Shown here piece after piece: positions 17,691-26,228 of a DNA stretch of 64,000 nt. The stretch is from an uncultured bacterium (GTDB lineage Bacteria; Patescibacteriota; Minisyncoccia; UBA6257; 2-01-FULL-56-20): contig OY970354.1 in NCBI GenBank assembly GCA_963718515.1, positions 366,942 to 430,941 of the forward strand, in the 5' to 3' direction. The notes beneath the pieces were generated by a model, which was given only the letters and a program-made list of their open reading frames with translations, was not told the DNA's origin and did no database searches. Within the stretch, counting starts at the first letter, position 1. Each line of letters begins with the position of its first letter. The position numbers were made by a program, and so were the translations under genes.

Positions 17691-17749
17691 AATTGGGGTA
17701 TGTGTCGACGCTCATCAAGCACGTGGAAAAAGTTGCGGAGCTTTTGTAA
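17691..17749 (+). pseudogene. duplicated 3'-terminal fragment of gapA (att-site remnant)
   Basis: Encodes …CYNNELGYVSTLIKHVEKVAELL*, matching the GapA C-terminus. About 75% nt identity to 2581..2639 with differences mostly at codon third positions. Confidence 0.6.
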
Positions 17750-17786
17750 CGGCGTGGCGCGCAATTTTTAACGAGGATATTTTATT

Positions 17787-18245
17787 ATGACCATCTACAT
17801 CGCCGCCGACCATAGGGGATTTGCTCTTAAGGAAACGCTCAAGGAGGAGCTAAAAAAAGATGGCTATGCATTGATCGATCTGGGCGATGCGACGAATGTT
17901 TCGGACGACGATTATCCGGACTTTGCCGCGGCGGTTGGGGCAAAAGTTGGGGCGGAAGGTGCTTCAGGCGGTGACGTACGCGGTATCGTGATCTGCGGAT
18001 CGGGATTTGGTGTGGATATCGTTGCTAATAAGTTCAAGGGTGTGCGCTCGGCGCTCGCGATGTCTCCAGAACACATCCGCGCCGGCCGGCATGACGACGA
18101 CGTGAATGTCTTGAGCATCGCCGCCGATTTCATTGCCCCGGAAAAGGCTTTGGAAATAGCGCGGGTGTTCCTCAGAACAGCATTCGATAAAGAGGAGCGT
18201 TATGCGCGAAGGCTTGGGGAGATAGCCGCGATCGAAGATAAATAA
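17787..18245 (+). CDS. rpiB: ribose-5-phosphate isomerase B
   Basis: 152 aa. RpiB/LacAB family signature …GIVICGSGFGVDIVANKF…. Confidence 0.9.
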   Translation: MTIYIAADHRGFALKETLKEELKKDGYALIDLGDATNVSDDDYPDFAAAVGAKVGAEGASGGDVRGIVICGSGFGVDIVANKFKGVRSALAMSPEHIRAGRHDDDVNVLSIAADFIAPEKALEIARVFLRTAFDKEERYARRLGEIAAIEDK

Positions 18246-18273
18246 AACCTCTTGTCTGTGCTAAAATGAGAGG

Positions 18274-18930
18274 ATGAAAGTGATTCCGGTCATTAATTGC
18301 CCCGATATTGTCTGTGCCGAGAAAAAGATCGACATAATGAAGACTTTCTTGAAAGAAGGCGACCTTCTGCACCTTGACGTGACCGACGGGTCTTTTGCCA
18401 CGCACAAAACATGGGCGGATCCGCTCGCGTGGGCAAGCCTTCGATCGCCGTTCGGCGCGGAGATCCATCTGATGGTGGACCATCCGGAAGAATACGTGGA
18501 CAATTGGTTCACTGCAGGCGCGCGACGCTTGATCCTCCATGCGGAATCGCTCAGCTCGGAATCTCTGCACGAGATCATTTCCGCTGCCAAGCGGTATCAT
18601 GTCGAGCTCATGCTTGCGTCAAAACCGGAATCTGCGCCGGAAGATATGTTGCCGTACATAAAACACTTCTCCGCGTTCCAGGTGCTCGCGGTCCAGCCCG
18701 GTCCTGCGGGGCAGAAATTCCTTCCATTCATCACCGAGAAGGTGCAGTTTTTGAGGGAGGAATTGCCGGATGCTATAATAGAGGTTGATGGTGGCATCAC
18801 TCCCGAGACCGCGCGGCTTGTGGCTGCGGTCGGCGCCGACACAGTCGTCTCGTCAAGTTATATCTTTAACGCCACCGATCCCAAAAAAGCATATGAAGAG
18901 TTGCTTGCGATCGAGCCAGTATCTTTTTAA
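18274..18930 (+). CDS. rpe: ribulose-phosphate 3-epimerase
   Basis: 218 aa. HLDVTDG…H motifs of the RPE TIM barrel. Confidence 0.85.
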   Translation: MKVIPVINCPDIVCAEKKIDIMKTFLKEGDLLHLDVTDGSFATHKTWADPLAWASLRSPFGAEIHLMVDHPEEYVDNWFTAGARRLILHAESLSSESLHEIISAAKRYHVELMLASKPESAPEDMLPYIKHFSAFQVLAVQPGPAGQKFLPFITEKVQFLREELPDAIIEVDGGITPETARLVAAVGADTVVSSSYIFNATDPKKAYEELLAIEPVSF

Positions 18931-18936
18931 AAATTA

Positions 18937-19797
18937 ATGGAACCGCTCACTGAAAAAAAATTGAAGTCCATGGAGGTTATGGCGACGCGCCTGCGTGAGG
19001 ATGTTATCAAGATGGTTTCGCACGCGGGGTCGGGCCACATCGCGGGGCCGCTCGACATGGCGGATATCTTCACCGCGTTCTATTTTCATATTCTGAACCA
19101 CAACCCAAAGAAGCCGAACTGGCCTGACCGCGACCGCTTGATACTTTCGAACGGCCACATCTGCCCGATCCAATATGCCGCACTCGCGCACGTCGGATAT
19201 TTTCCGGTGGAGGAACTAAAAACATTGCGCCAGTTGGGAACCCGCTTGCAGGGCCATCCACATCGGGGCGTCCTGCCGGGCATTGAGACGACGTCCGGGC
19301 CGCTTGGTTCCGGCATCTCGCAGGCGAGCGGTATTGCGCTCGCCGCCCGCCTCGACGCAAAAAAATATCAGGTGTACTGCCTGACGTCCGACGGCGAATA
19401 TCAGGAAGGCAATACGTGGGAAGCGGTCATGTTTGCGGGAAAAAATCGCCTGAGCAACCTTACCGTCGTCGTTGATCGCAATAATATCCAGATCGACGGT
19501 TTTACGGAGAAGATCATGCCGCTCGAGCCCTTCGCCGATAAATATCGCGCGTTCAACTGGCACGTGCTTGAGATCGACGGGCATAATTTTGAGGAGATCA
19601 TCGCCGCCGCCGCAGAGGCGCGCGCGGTGCATGAACAACCGACGGTGATCATCGCGCATACGATCCCAGGCAAAGGCGTGGATTTTATGGAGAACGATTA
19701 TCTCTGGCACTCGAAGCCATTCAAGCTGGGCGAAGCGGAGAAGGCGCTCGCCGAACTGCGCACGCTCCAGCATAAGATACAGAGCGAGCATGAATAG
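18937..19797 (+). CDS. transketolase, N-terminal (TPP-binding) subunit
   Basis: 286 aa. GSGHIAGPLDMADIFTAFYF…, the split-transketolase N-terminal half. Confidence 0.9.
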   Translation: MEPLTEKKLKSMEVMATRLREDVIKMVSHAGSGHIAGPLDMADIFTAFYFHILNHNPKKPNWPDRDRLILSNGHICPIQYAALAHVGYFPVEELKTLRQLGTRLQGHPHRGVLPGIETTSGPLGSGISQASGIALAARLDAKKYQVYCLTSDGEYQEGNTWEAVMFAGKNRLSNLTVVVDRNNIQIDGFTEKIMPLEPFADKYRAFNWHVLEIDGHNFEEIIAAAAEARAVHEQPTVIIAHTIPGKGVDFMENDYLWHSKPFKLGEAEKALAELRTLQHKIQSEHE

Positions 19798-19845
19798 CCG
19801 ATATAAATAAAAATCGTCGGTCATAAAATAATATATTAAAAAATT

Positions 19846-20385
19846 ATGAAAGTAGTGAATTTCGTCCTTGGGCTTGCGACGGCGGTGATCCTCGCGGCAC
19901 TCATCGGGTTGGGGATCAGCGCGTTCTATCCGGCGCCGGTCGCGCCGGCGTATCCGAATTATCCGCTGGTCGCGCCGACACCCGTATGTCCGCCGAATCC
20001 GGCAACGCCGTGCACGGTGGTACAACAGCAATCGCAAGAGCAATATGATCAACAACAGGCATTGTATCAGGCACAGCAAGATGCTTACACGGCCGAGGAT
20101 GCGATCTATGGGAGGAATCTCTTCATCATCGCCAATATCATAGGCATCATTGTGTTTGCCATCGGGTTCTGGCTCGTACTTGCGGCCTCGCTCGCGTCGA
20201 ATGCGGTGCCGGTCGGCATCATGCTCGCGGGATTATGGAGTATCGTCTACGGCTACGTGCGCGGATGGGGGAGCGTCGATGATCAGATGAAATTTTTCGT
20301 CGGGCTCGTGATCGCCGTGCTCGTGATTGGCGGGAGCATGTGGCTTATGCAGAGGCGGGAGAAAAAGATCGCGCACAGAAAATAA
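19846..20385 (+). CDS. hypothetical membrane protein (inserted between transketolase halves)
   Basis: 179 aa. N-terminal TM, Pro/Gln-rich linker and three further TM helices. Confidence 0.5.
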   Translation: MKVVNFVLGLATAVILAALIGLGISAFYPAPVAPAYPNYPLVAPTPVCPPNPATPCTVVQQQSQEQYDQQQALYQAQQDAYTAEDAIYGRNLFIIANIIGIIVFAIGFWLVLAASLASNAVPVGIMLAGLWSIVYGYVRGWGSVDDQMKFFVGLVIAVLVIGGSMWLMQRREKKIAHRK

Positions 20386-20390
20386 TAACA

Positions 20391-21398
20391 ATGTTGAATC
20401 CCGACGCAAAACTGAATCCGAAGATCTTTGAGGAGGATATCGAGGCCGCGCCGACCCGCGACGGGTTTGGCACGGGCCTTGTCGCCGCCGGGGAAAACAA
20501 AAACGTCGTCGCGCTTTGTGCGGACCTCACAGAGTCCACGCGCGTGGAGGCGTTCGCCAAGAAATTTCCCGAGCGGTATTTTGAGATGGGCGTCGCCGAG
20601 CAGAACATGGCGGCCGTTGCCGCCGGGTTAGGCGTGAGCGGCAAGATCCCGTTCATTGCGTCCTACGCGACGTTCTCTCCCGGCAGGAATTGGGAACAGA
20701 TCCGCACGACGATCGCGTACAACAATGCGAACGCGAAAATCGCCGGACATCACGCTGGGATCTCCGTCGGCCCCGACGGCGCAACTCATCAGGCAACGGA
20801 AGACATTGCGATCATGCGCGCAATGCCTAACATGAAAGTGTTCGTCCCGTGTGATGCGCTCGAGGCCAAGAAGGCGACGCTCGCGGCGGCGCAGATCTGG
20901 GGCCCGATCTATCTCCGCTTCCAGCGCGAGAAGACGCCCGTCATGACCACGCTCGAGACGCCATATTTTCCAGGCAAGGCGCAAATAATGTGGCTTCCAT
21001 CCACTGCGGCAATGGCAAAGAAGCCGGAGGTGCTCATCATCGGCTGTGGCGGATTGCTCTATAATGCACTCCTCGCCGCACGCGAACTTGAAAAAGAAAA
21101 GATCGGCGCGATCGTGCTGAACTGTCATACGATAAAACCGATCGATGCGCAAAAAATTGTCGAGTTGGCAAAAAAGACCGGCGCCGTCGTTACCGTAGAG
21201 GAACATCAGGTAGAGGGTGGCCTCGGCGGCGCGGTCGCCGAAGCGCTCGCCAAGCACGCGCCGACGCCGATCGAGTTCATCGGCATGCAGGACACATTCG
21301 GCGAGTCCGGCGCGCCTGCAGAGCTCATCAAAAAATATGGCATGGATCCAAAGGACATCAAGCTCGCGGTAAAACGTGCGCTCCGCCGCAAGAAGTAA
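20391..21398 (+). CDS. transketolase, C-terminal subunit
   Basis: Start chosen at MLNPDAKL. An in-frame upstream start at 20340 would overlap the prior gene. Pyrimidine-binding and C-terminal domains are present. Confidence 0.9.
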   Translation: MLNPDAKLNPKIFEEDIEAAPTRDGFGTGLVAAGENKNVVALCADLTESTRVEAFAKKFPERYFEMGVAEQNMAAVAAGLGVSGKIPFIASYATFSPGRNWEQIRTTIAYNNANAKIAGHHAGISVGPDGATHQATEDIAIMRAMPNMKVFVPCDALEAKKATLAAAQIWGPIYLRFQREKTPVMTTLETPYFPGKAQIMWLPSTAAMAKKPEVLIIGCGGLLYNALLAARELEKEKIGAIVLNCHTIKPIDAQKIVELAKKTGAVVTVEEHQVEGGLGGAVAEALAKHAPTPIEFIGMQDTFGESGAPAELIKKYGMDPKDIKLAVKRALRRKK

Positions 21399-21410
21399 TA
21401 TCATATTCAT

Positions 21411-22409
21411 ATGAAACAAAAATACGACTTGGTCTGCATCGGGGACGTGGTGATGGACGCTTTCATCGGGTTGAAAGAAGCGCGCGTGGAGTGGGACGCC
21501 GCTCATGAACACCCGCGGCTCTCCATGGCGTTTGCCACGAAGATCCCGTACGAATCGCTCACGGTGGCGACCGCCGTGGGGAACGCGTCGAACGTCGCCG
21601 TCGGCGCGCGCCGCCTCGGTTTGAACACCGCGATGATCACTTCCGTCGGCAACGACCATTACGGCACGCAGATATTCGATCATTATCATAAAGAGGGCAT
21701 CAGCACCGAGTACGTCAAAATAAATAAGGGTAAGCCGACCAATTATCATTTTGTGCTCAACTATAAAGCCGAGCGAACGATCCTCATCAAGCACGAAGAA
21801 TATGAATATTACGATCCGCGCAAAGTGGATTCCAATACGCATTGGATCTATTTTTCTTCAATCGCTGAGCACACGCTTCCGTTCCACAAAAAGCTGGGGG
21901 AATATCTAAAGAAGCATCCGAACATCCGAATGGGATTCAATCCCGGCACCTTCCAGCTTCGCTTTGGCACGGAAAAATTGCGCGAGGTGTACAAACACAC
22001 GTACGTGCTCTTTGTGAATCGCGAAGAGGCGCAGTTTATTTTGCACCGCAAAAACGAGGACATCGCGCCGCTTTTTGAGGGGTTGCACAAGCTCGGGCCG
22101 AAGATCGTGGTGATTACCGACGGTCCCGCTGGCGCATACGCATCGGATGGCGTGAATAGATATTTTATGCCGCCCTATCCGGATCCCAAGCCTCCGGTTT
22201 CGCGCACCGGCGCGGGCGACGCCTTCTCCACCGGATTCTTGTGCGCAATGATCTACGGGCTATCGGTATATGACGCGTTGCGATGGGCGCCGATCGAGTC
22301 CATGCACGTCGTGCAATTCTTCGGTGCGCAGACGGGATTGCTCTCAAAGTCCGCCCTGATCGCTCTCCTTAAAAAAGCGCCAAAAAATTATTCGCCGAAG
22401 AGGATATAA
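21411..22409 (+). CDS. PfkB-family carbohydrate kinase (ribokinase-like)
   Basis: 332 aa. Anion-hole motif TGAGDAF near the C-terminus. Confidence 0.8.
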   Translation: MKQKYDLVCIGDVVMDAFIGLKEARVEWDAAHEHPRLSMAFATKIPYESLTVATAVGNASNVAVGARRLGLNTAMITSVGNDHYGTQIFDHYHKEGISTEYVKINKGKPTNYHFVLNYKAERTILIKHEEYEYYDPRKVDSNTHWIYFSSIAEHTLPFHKKLGEYLKKHPNIRMGFNPGTFQLRFGTEKLREVYKHTYVLFVNREEAQFILHRKNEDIAPLFEGLHKLGPKIVVITDGPAGAYASDGVNRYFMPPYPDPKPPVSRTGAGDAFSTGFLCAMIYGLSVYDALRWAPIESMHVVQFFGAQTGLLSKSALIALLKKAPKNYSPKRI

Positions 22410-22429
22410 CACAACGTCATTAAAAGATC

Positions 22430-23305
22430 ATGAAAACCCTCCGTGAAGTATTGACCGATGCAGATAGCCGTCACATTGCCGTGGGCCACTTCAATATTTC
22501 CGACCTTGGCGCACTGAAAGCGATCTTCGCCGGCGCGCAGTCGTTGCAACTTCCGGTACTCATCGGCGTTTCGGAGGGCGAGCGCGAGTTCATCGGCGTC
22601 AAAACCGCAGTGGCGCTGATCAAAAGCATCCGCGACGCATACGATTACCCGATATTCCTGAACGCGGACCACACGCACTCGCTCGACAAGGCGCGCGAAG
22701 CGGCGGAGGCCGGGTTCGATGAGATCATTTTTGATAATTCCCAGTTATCGTTTGCGGAGAACATGGCGAACACAAAAGAAGCGGTCGCCGCGATCCGCTC
22801 CATTAATCCGAACATTATTGTAGAGGGGGAGATCGGCTATATCGGTTCGTCATCCGAGATCGTGGATGTGCGGCCCGAGGCGTCGCTCACGATGTCCACG
22901 CCGGAGGAGGCGGTGCAGTTCGCAACCGAGACCGGCATCGACGTGCTCGCGCCCGCCGTCGGCAACATGCACGGGCTTTTGAAATCCATGGTGACGGGCG
23001 AAACGCACAAAAAATTAAATATCGAACTTATCGGACAGCTCAAGGCCGCGCTCGCCGCCACCAACACTAAGTTTATGACGCTCCACGGTGGTTCCGGTAC
23101 TGAGGACGCGGATTTTACCGCCGCCGCGAAATCGGGGATGACGATCATCCACGTCTCAAGCGAACTCCGTCTTGCGTGGCGCCGCGGCGTGGAAGAAGGC
23201 CTCAAAGATCCCAATGAAATCGCGCCGTACAAGCTCGTTGCACCGTCTGTAGTAGGTATACAGAAGATCGTCATCGACCGGTTGAAGCTTTTCAACGGGC
23301 TCTAA
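22430..23305 (+). CDS. fba: class II fructose-bisphosphate aldolase
   Basis: 291 aa. …LHGGSG… and metal-binding His residues of class II FBA. Confidence 0.9.
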   Translation: MKTLREVLTDADSRHIAVGHFNISDLGALKAIFAGAQSLQLPVLIGVSEGEREFIGVKTAVALIKSIRDAYDYPIFLNADHTHSLDKAREAAEAGFDEIIFDNSQLSFAENMANTKEAVAAIRSINPNIIVEGEIGYIGSSSEIVDVRPEASLTMSTPEEAVQFATETGIDVLAPAVGNMHGLLKSMVTGETHKKLNIELIGQLKAALAATNTKFMTLHGGSGTEDADFTAAAKSGMTIIHVSSELRLAWRRGVEEGLKDPNEIAPYKLVAPSVVGIQKIVIDRLKLFNGL

Positions 23306-23440
23306 TTGCGTTATCGTTTCTTTAGTGGTTGAGGTTTCAGGGAGGGATGAGGTATGCCACATTCGGGAGTACTGCAAGTCCAACAAACACTGAGCCTAGC
23401 AGAGATGCTGATAGGGTTCATGAGATTTGCTCAAAACCAA

Positions 23441-23467
23441 AAAGGAGTCCGAAGCTTTCCTCCTTTT
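23441..23467 (+). terminator. terminator-like hairpin (aaaggag…ctccttt + T)
   Basis: Perfect 7-bp stem with 12-nt loop in the fba-rplY intergenic region. May end an sRNA or the fba transcript. Confidence 0.4.
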
Positions 23468-23476
23468 GAATAAGGC

Positions 23477-23504
23477 TTGCTCTTTTGGGCCGCTTTGCTA
23501 TACT
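23477..23504 (+). promoter_or_regulatory. sigma-70-like promoter candidate (TTGCTC-16-TATACT) for rplY
   Basis: Sequence match only. Confidence 0.35.
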
Positions 23505-23511
23505 TTCCCCT

Positions 23512-24165
23512 ATGGATTTGGCAGTAAAAACACGCGACGTATTGGGCAAAAAGGTAAAGGCACTCCGCAGGGAGGGTCTTATTCCGGCCGAATTGTACGG
23601 CCATGGATTTGCGAATGTTCACCTTACGCTTCCGGCAAAGGAATTTAATAAAGTGTTCAAGGCCGCAGGTGCGACGACTGTCGTCACGCTTTTGCTCGGC
23701 ACAGAGAAGAAGCCGGCGATGATCCACGAAGTGGCGCGCGATTCGGTGACGAGCGAGATCATTCACGTCGATTTGCACCAGGTGCGCATGGACGAACTCG
23801 TTAAGGCCCATGTGCCGCTCGAATTTATCGGTGAATCGCCCGCGGTCAAAGCGGACGGCGCTGTTATCAATAAGTCCATGTCCGAGATCGAAGTCGAGGC
23901 CTTCCCCCAGAATCTCCCGCATAGCATCACCGTCGACCTTTCCGCACTCGATGTCCTCGATAAGAGTATTTATGTGAAAGACCTCGCCATCCCGAAGAAC
24001 GTTACCGTACTTATTGATCTCGAGACTGCCGTCGCGACCGCGACCCCGCCAGCACCAGAAGAAGTGGCCGCGCCAGTTGAGGCCGTGGATGTTTCCGCCA
24101 TAAAGACCGAGGGCGAAGAGAAGAAGGCTGAACGCGACGCAGAAAAGACCGCGAAGGAGGAATAA
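23512..24165 (+). CDS. rplY: 50S ribosomal protein L25 / general stress protein Ctc
   Basis: Start at MDLAVKTRD…. bL25 fold signature …GKKVKALRREGLIPAELYGHG… with an acidic C-terminal extension. Confidence 0.85.
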   Translation: MDLAVKTRDVLGKKVKALRREGLIPAELYGHGFANVHLTLPAKEFNKVFKAAGATTVVTLLLGTEKKPAMIHEVARDSVTSEIIHVDLHQVRMDELVKAHVPLEFIGESPAVKADGAVINKSMSEIEVEAFPQNLPHSITVDLSALDVLDKSIYVKDLAIPKNVTVLIDLETAVATATPPAPEEVAAPVEAVDVSAIKTEGEEKKAERDAEKTAKEE

Positions 24166-24170
24166 AAAAA

Positions 24171-24201
24171 GACCGCTGGTTCGCCCGGCGGTCTTTTGTT
24201 T
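24171..24201 (+). terminator. rho-independent terminator after rplY
   Basis: gaccgc…gcggtc hairpin followed by ttttgtttt. Confidence 0.7.
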
Positions 24202-24223
24202 TGCTCGTCAAAATTCTCGTTCC

Positions 24224-24655
24224 TCAGTAAGGGAGCACTCTTGCGCGCCGACTGTAGCAGGCAAGTACGGCTTGTAGAGCTTCCTCCATTAAACAGCCAT
24301 TCCTTTGCTGGTTTCGTTTTATGAAAAGAAGGGGTAGTGGTTCCTCTTTTGCGAGGAGCTGGATTGCGTCCCTGAACTCGGCGACGAAGCGTTCGTCCGG
24401 CACTTCTTTTCTCATACTTGTGAATACAGACTCGAGGCTGAATCTGCCGGAGAACAGTTCGGCGAGCGTACCTTTGATGCCAACACTGCCCTTGTGAGTT
24501 TCAGTGAGCCCGGCCATTACTGATCTTAGGTAGAATGTTTCTTGAAACTGCCACACTGTCGTTGGGTCTTGGCGGAGGAGTGCGGTGAGAGCTTCATCCA
24601 CCTCCACTCCTATTTGGGGAGCGTGATCTTTGGTCAAGAGAGGGACTGCCGTCAT
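24224..24655 (-). CDS. hypothetical protein
   Basis: 143-aa ORF convergent with rplY. No recognisable motif. Confidence 0.4.
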   Translation of the reverse strand: MTAVPLLTKDHAPQIGVEVDEALTALLRQDPTTVWQFQETFYLRSVMAGLTETHKGSVGIKGTLAELFSGRFSLESVFTSMRKEVPDERFVAEFRDAIQLLAKEEPLPLLFIKRNQQRNGCLMEEALQAVLACYSRRARVLPY

Positions 24656-24713
24656 AAATCCTCCTTAATTGCTGTATTTATCCTAATCTATCGATGACCG
24701 ATTTTCAATTTTT

Positions 24714-26228
24714 TTGCGTTATAATAGAAGAGCAATGAAAAGGCCCTTGAAACCTCGCGTTCTTGGCGATGTTTCTGTCCATAAAAGGGACGGACACAGC
24801 TGGAGCGTCTTCGGTCCGCTCCACGCGCGGGTCAATCTGGTGGAGGAGCGGGTGATCCGCATCCCTTTTACTAACATCTTGAGAGTGTCGGTCATCGCCG
24901 CCGCCGCGGTTTTTTTGGTATTCGGCTCGGTGAACGCTCCTACACTTCTTACAAAAGCGTCCGGCGACGCAAGCAGTACGGACGCGACCACGACCGATCC
25001 CACCGTGGAACGCACCCAGCTCGAAACCCAACTTGCCACGCTCGAGGGACAGATCAACCAGTACCAGGGCCAGATCGCAAGCTACCAGACCCAGGGAAAT
25101 ACGCTGAACGGCCAGATCGGCGAATTGAACGACAAGATCGCATCGCTCAATCTTCAGATCCAGGCGACGACCCTTACCATCGGACAGTTGAACAGCCAGA
25201 TCGCCGACACGCAGTCAGAGATCACCGATACCCAGGCCGAGCTTGCGGACAAACAGGCGGCGATAGGGACGCTGATGCAAAGTTTGTATCAGGACGATCA
25301 CACGAGCCTCATCCAGGTATTCCTCCAGAATCCGCGATTGTCTGATTTTTGGGATGAGACGCAGGCGCTCACGCTCGTGCAGAACGATCTGCGCGTGACA
25401 TCACAACAAGTCACGAATTTGCAAAGCCAGTTACAGAATCAAGAACAACAGTTTGAGGCGTCGAAGTCCGATGCGGCAGTTGCCACGCAATATCAACAGG
25501 CACAGGCGGAAGCGGTGGCGAGCACAAAGAGCGAGAAGACCGAGCTTCTGGCGGAGACGCAGGGACAGGAATCAAAATATCAGGCGCTCCTTGTGCAAAC
25601 GCAGGCGACCGCGGCACAGATCAGAAACCGCATCTTCCAGTTGCTCGGTGGCGGCCAGCTCTCGTTCGAAGATGCGTACCAGTATGCACAGCTTGCGTCG
25701 ACTGCCACGGGTATTGACCCCTCGTTCATTCTTGCGATCCTCGATCGTGAATCGGCGCTGGGGCAAAATGTCGGCCAGTGCAATTACCAAAATGCGATGA
25801 GTCCGACGGACCAGCCGCTCTTCCTCGCGCTCCTCCAATCGCTCGATCTCAACCCCACCACCATGACGGTCTCGTGTCCCAACGCCGACGGTGTGTACGG
25901 TGGTGCGATGGGTCCGGCGCAATTTGAGCCTTCGACGTGGGATATTTATTCACCGGCGGTTGCGCAGATCACAAAAGATAACCCGCCGTCGCCGTGGAAC
26001 GACGCCGATGCATTCGTTGCGACCGCGCTCTACCTCAAGGATAATATGACGGGATGTGATACGGTATACAAGGCGGTGTTGAGTGAGGAGCGCTGTACCG
26101 CGGCGAAATATTATGCGGGAAGCAGATGGCAGAACTATTTATGGACCTATGGCGAGGCGGTCGTGGAACGCGCGACGAGCTTTGCATCTGATATTCAAAC
26201 GATCACCACAAACAATGGCAGCAGTTAA
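24714..26228 (+). CDS. coiled-coil protein with C-terminal lytic transglycosylase-like (lysozyme-like) domain
   Basis: TM segment and long Q-rich coiled coil. C-terminal …GIDPSFILAILDRESALGQNVGQCNY… resembles SLT/lysozyme-like catalytic Glu-Ser context. Confidence 0.6.
   Translation: MRYNRRAMKRPLKPRVLGDVSVHKRDGHSWSVFGPLHARVNLVEERVIRIPFTNILRVSVIAAAAVFLVFGSVNAPTLLTKASGDASSTDATTTDPTVERTQLETQLATLEGQINQYQGQIASYQTQGNTLNGQIGELNDKIASLNLQIQATTLTIGQLNSQIADTQSEITDTQAELADKQAAIGTLMQSLYQDDHTSLIQVFLQNPRLSDFWDETQALTLVQNDLRVTSQQVTNLQSQLQNQEQQFEASKSDAAVATQYQQAQAEAVASTKSEKTELLAETQGQESKYQALLVQTQATAAQIRNRIFQLLGGGQLSFEDAYQYAQLASTATGIDPSFILAILDRESALGQNVGQCNYQNAMSPTDQPLFLALLQSLDLNPTTMTVSCPNADGVYGGAMGPAQFEPSTWDIYSPAVAQITKDNPPSPWNDADAFVATALYLKDNMTGCDTVYKAVLSEERCTAAKYYAGSRWQNYLWTYGEAVVERATSFASDIQTITTNNGSS

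Larger units (their letters stand above)
2640..17750. mobile_element. integrated mobile genetic element (~15 kb) inserted at the 3' end of gapA
   Basis: Duplicated, diverged gapA 3' end (…GYVSTLIKHVEKVAELL*) at 17691..17749 adjacent to a tyrosine integrase. Internal serine recombinase, ParB-like protein, DinD/Bro-N protein and IS256 element. Interrupts the otherwise contiguous gapA to rpiB/rpe/tkt cluster. Confidence 0.6.

Noticed and set aside
19216-20079. 287-aa minus-strand ORF (Arg/Leu-rich)
   Set aside because: Antisense to the transketolase N-subunit and the membrane protein gene. Composition is typical of a GC-rich shadow frame.
20628-21842. 404-aa minus-strand ORF
   Set aside because: Antisense to the transketolase C-subunit and the PfkB kinase. 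Arg/His-rich low-complexity translation.
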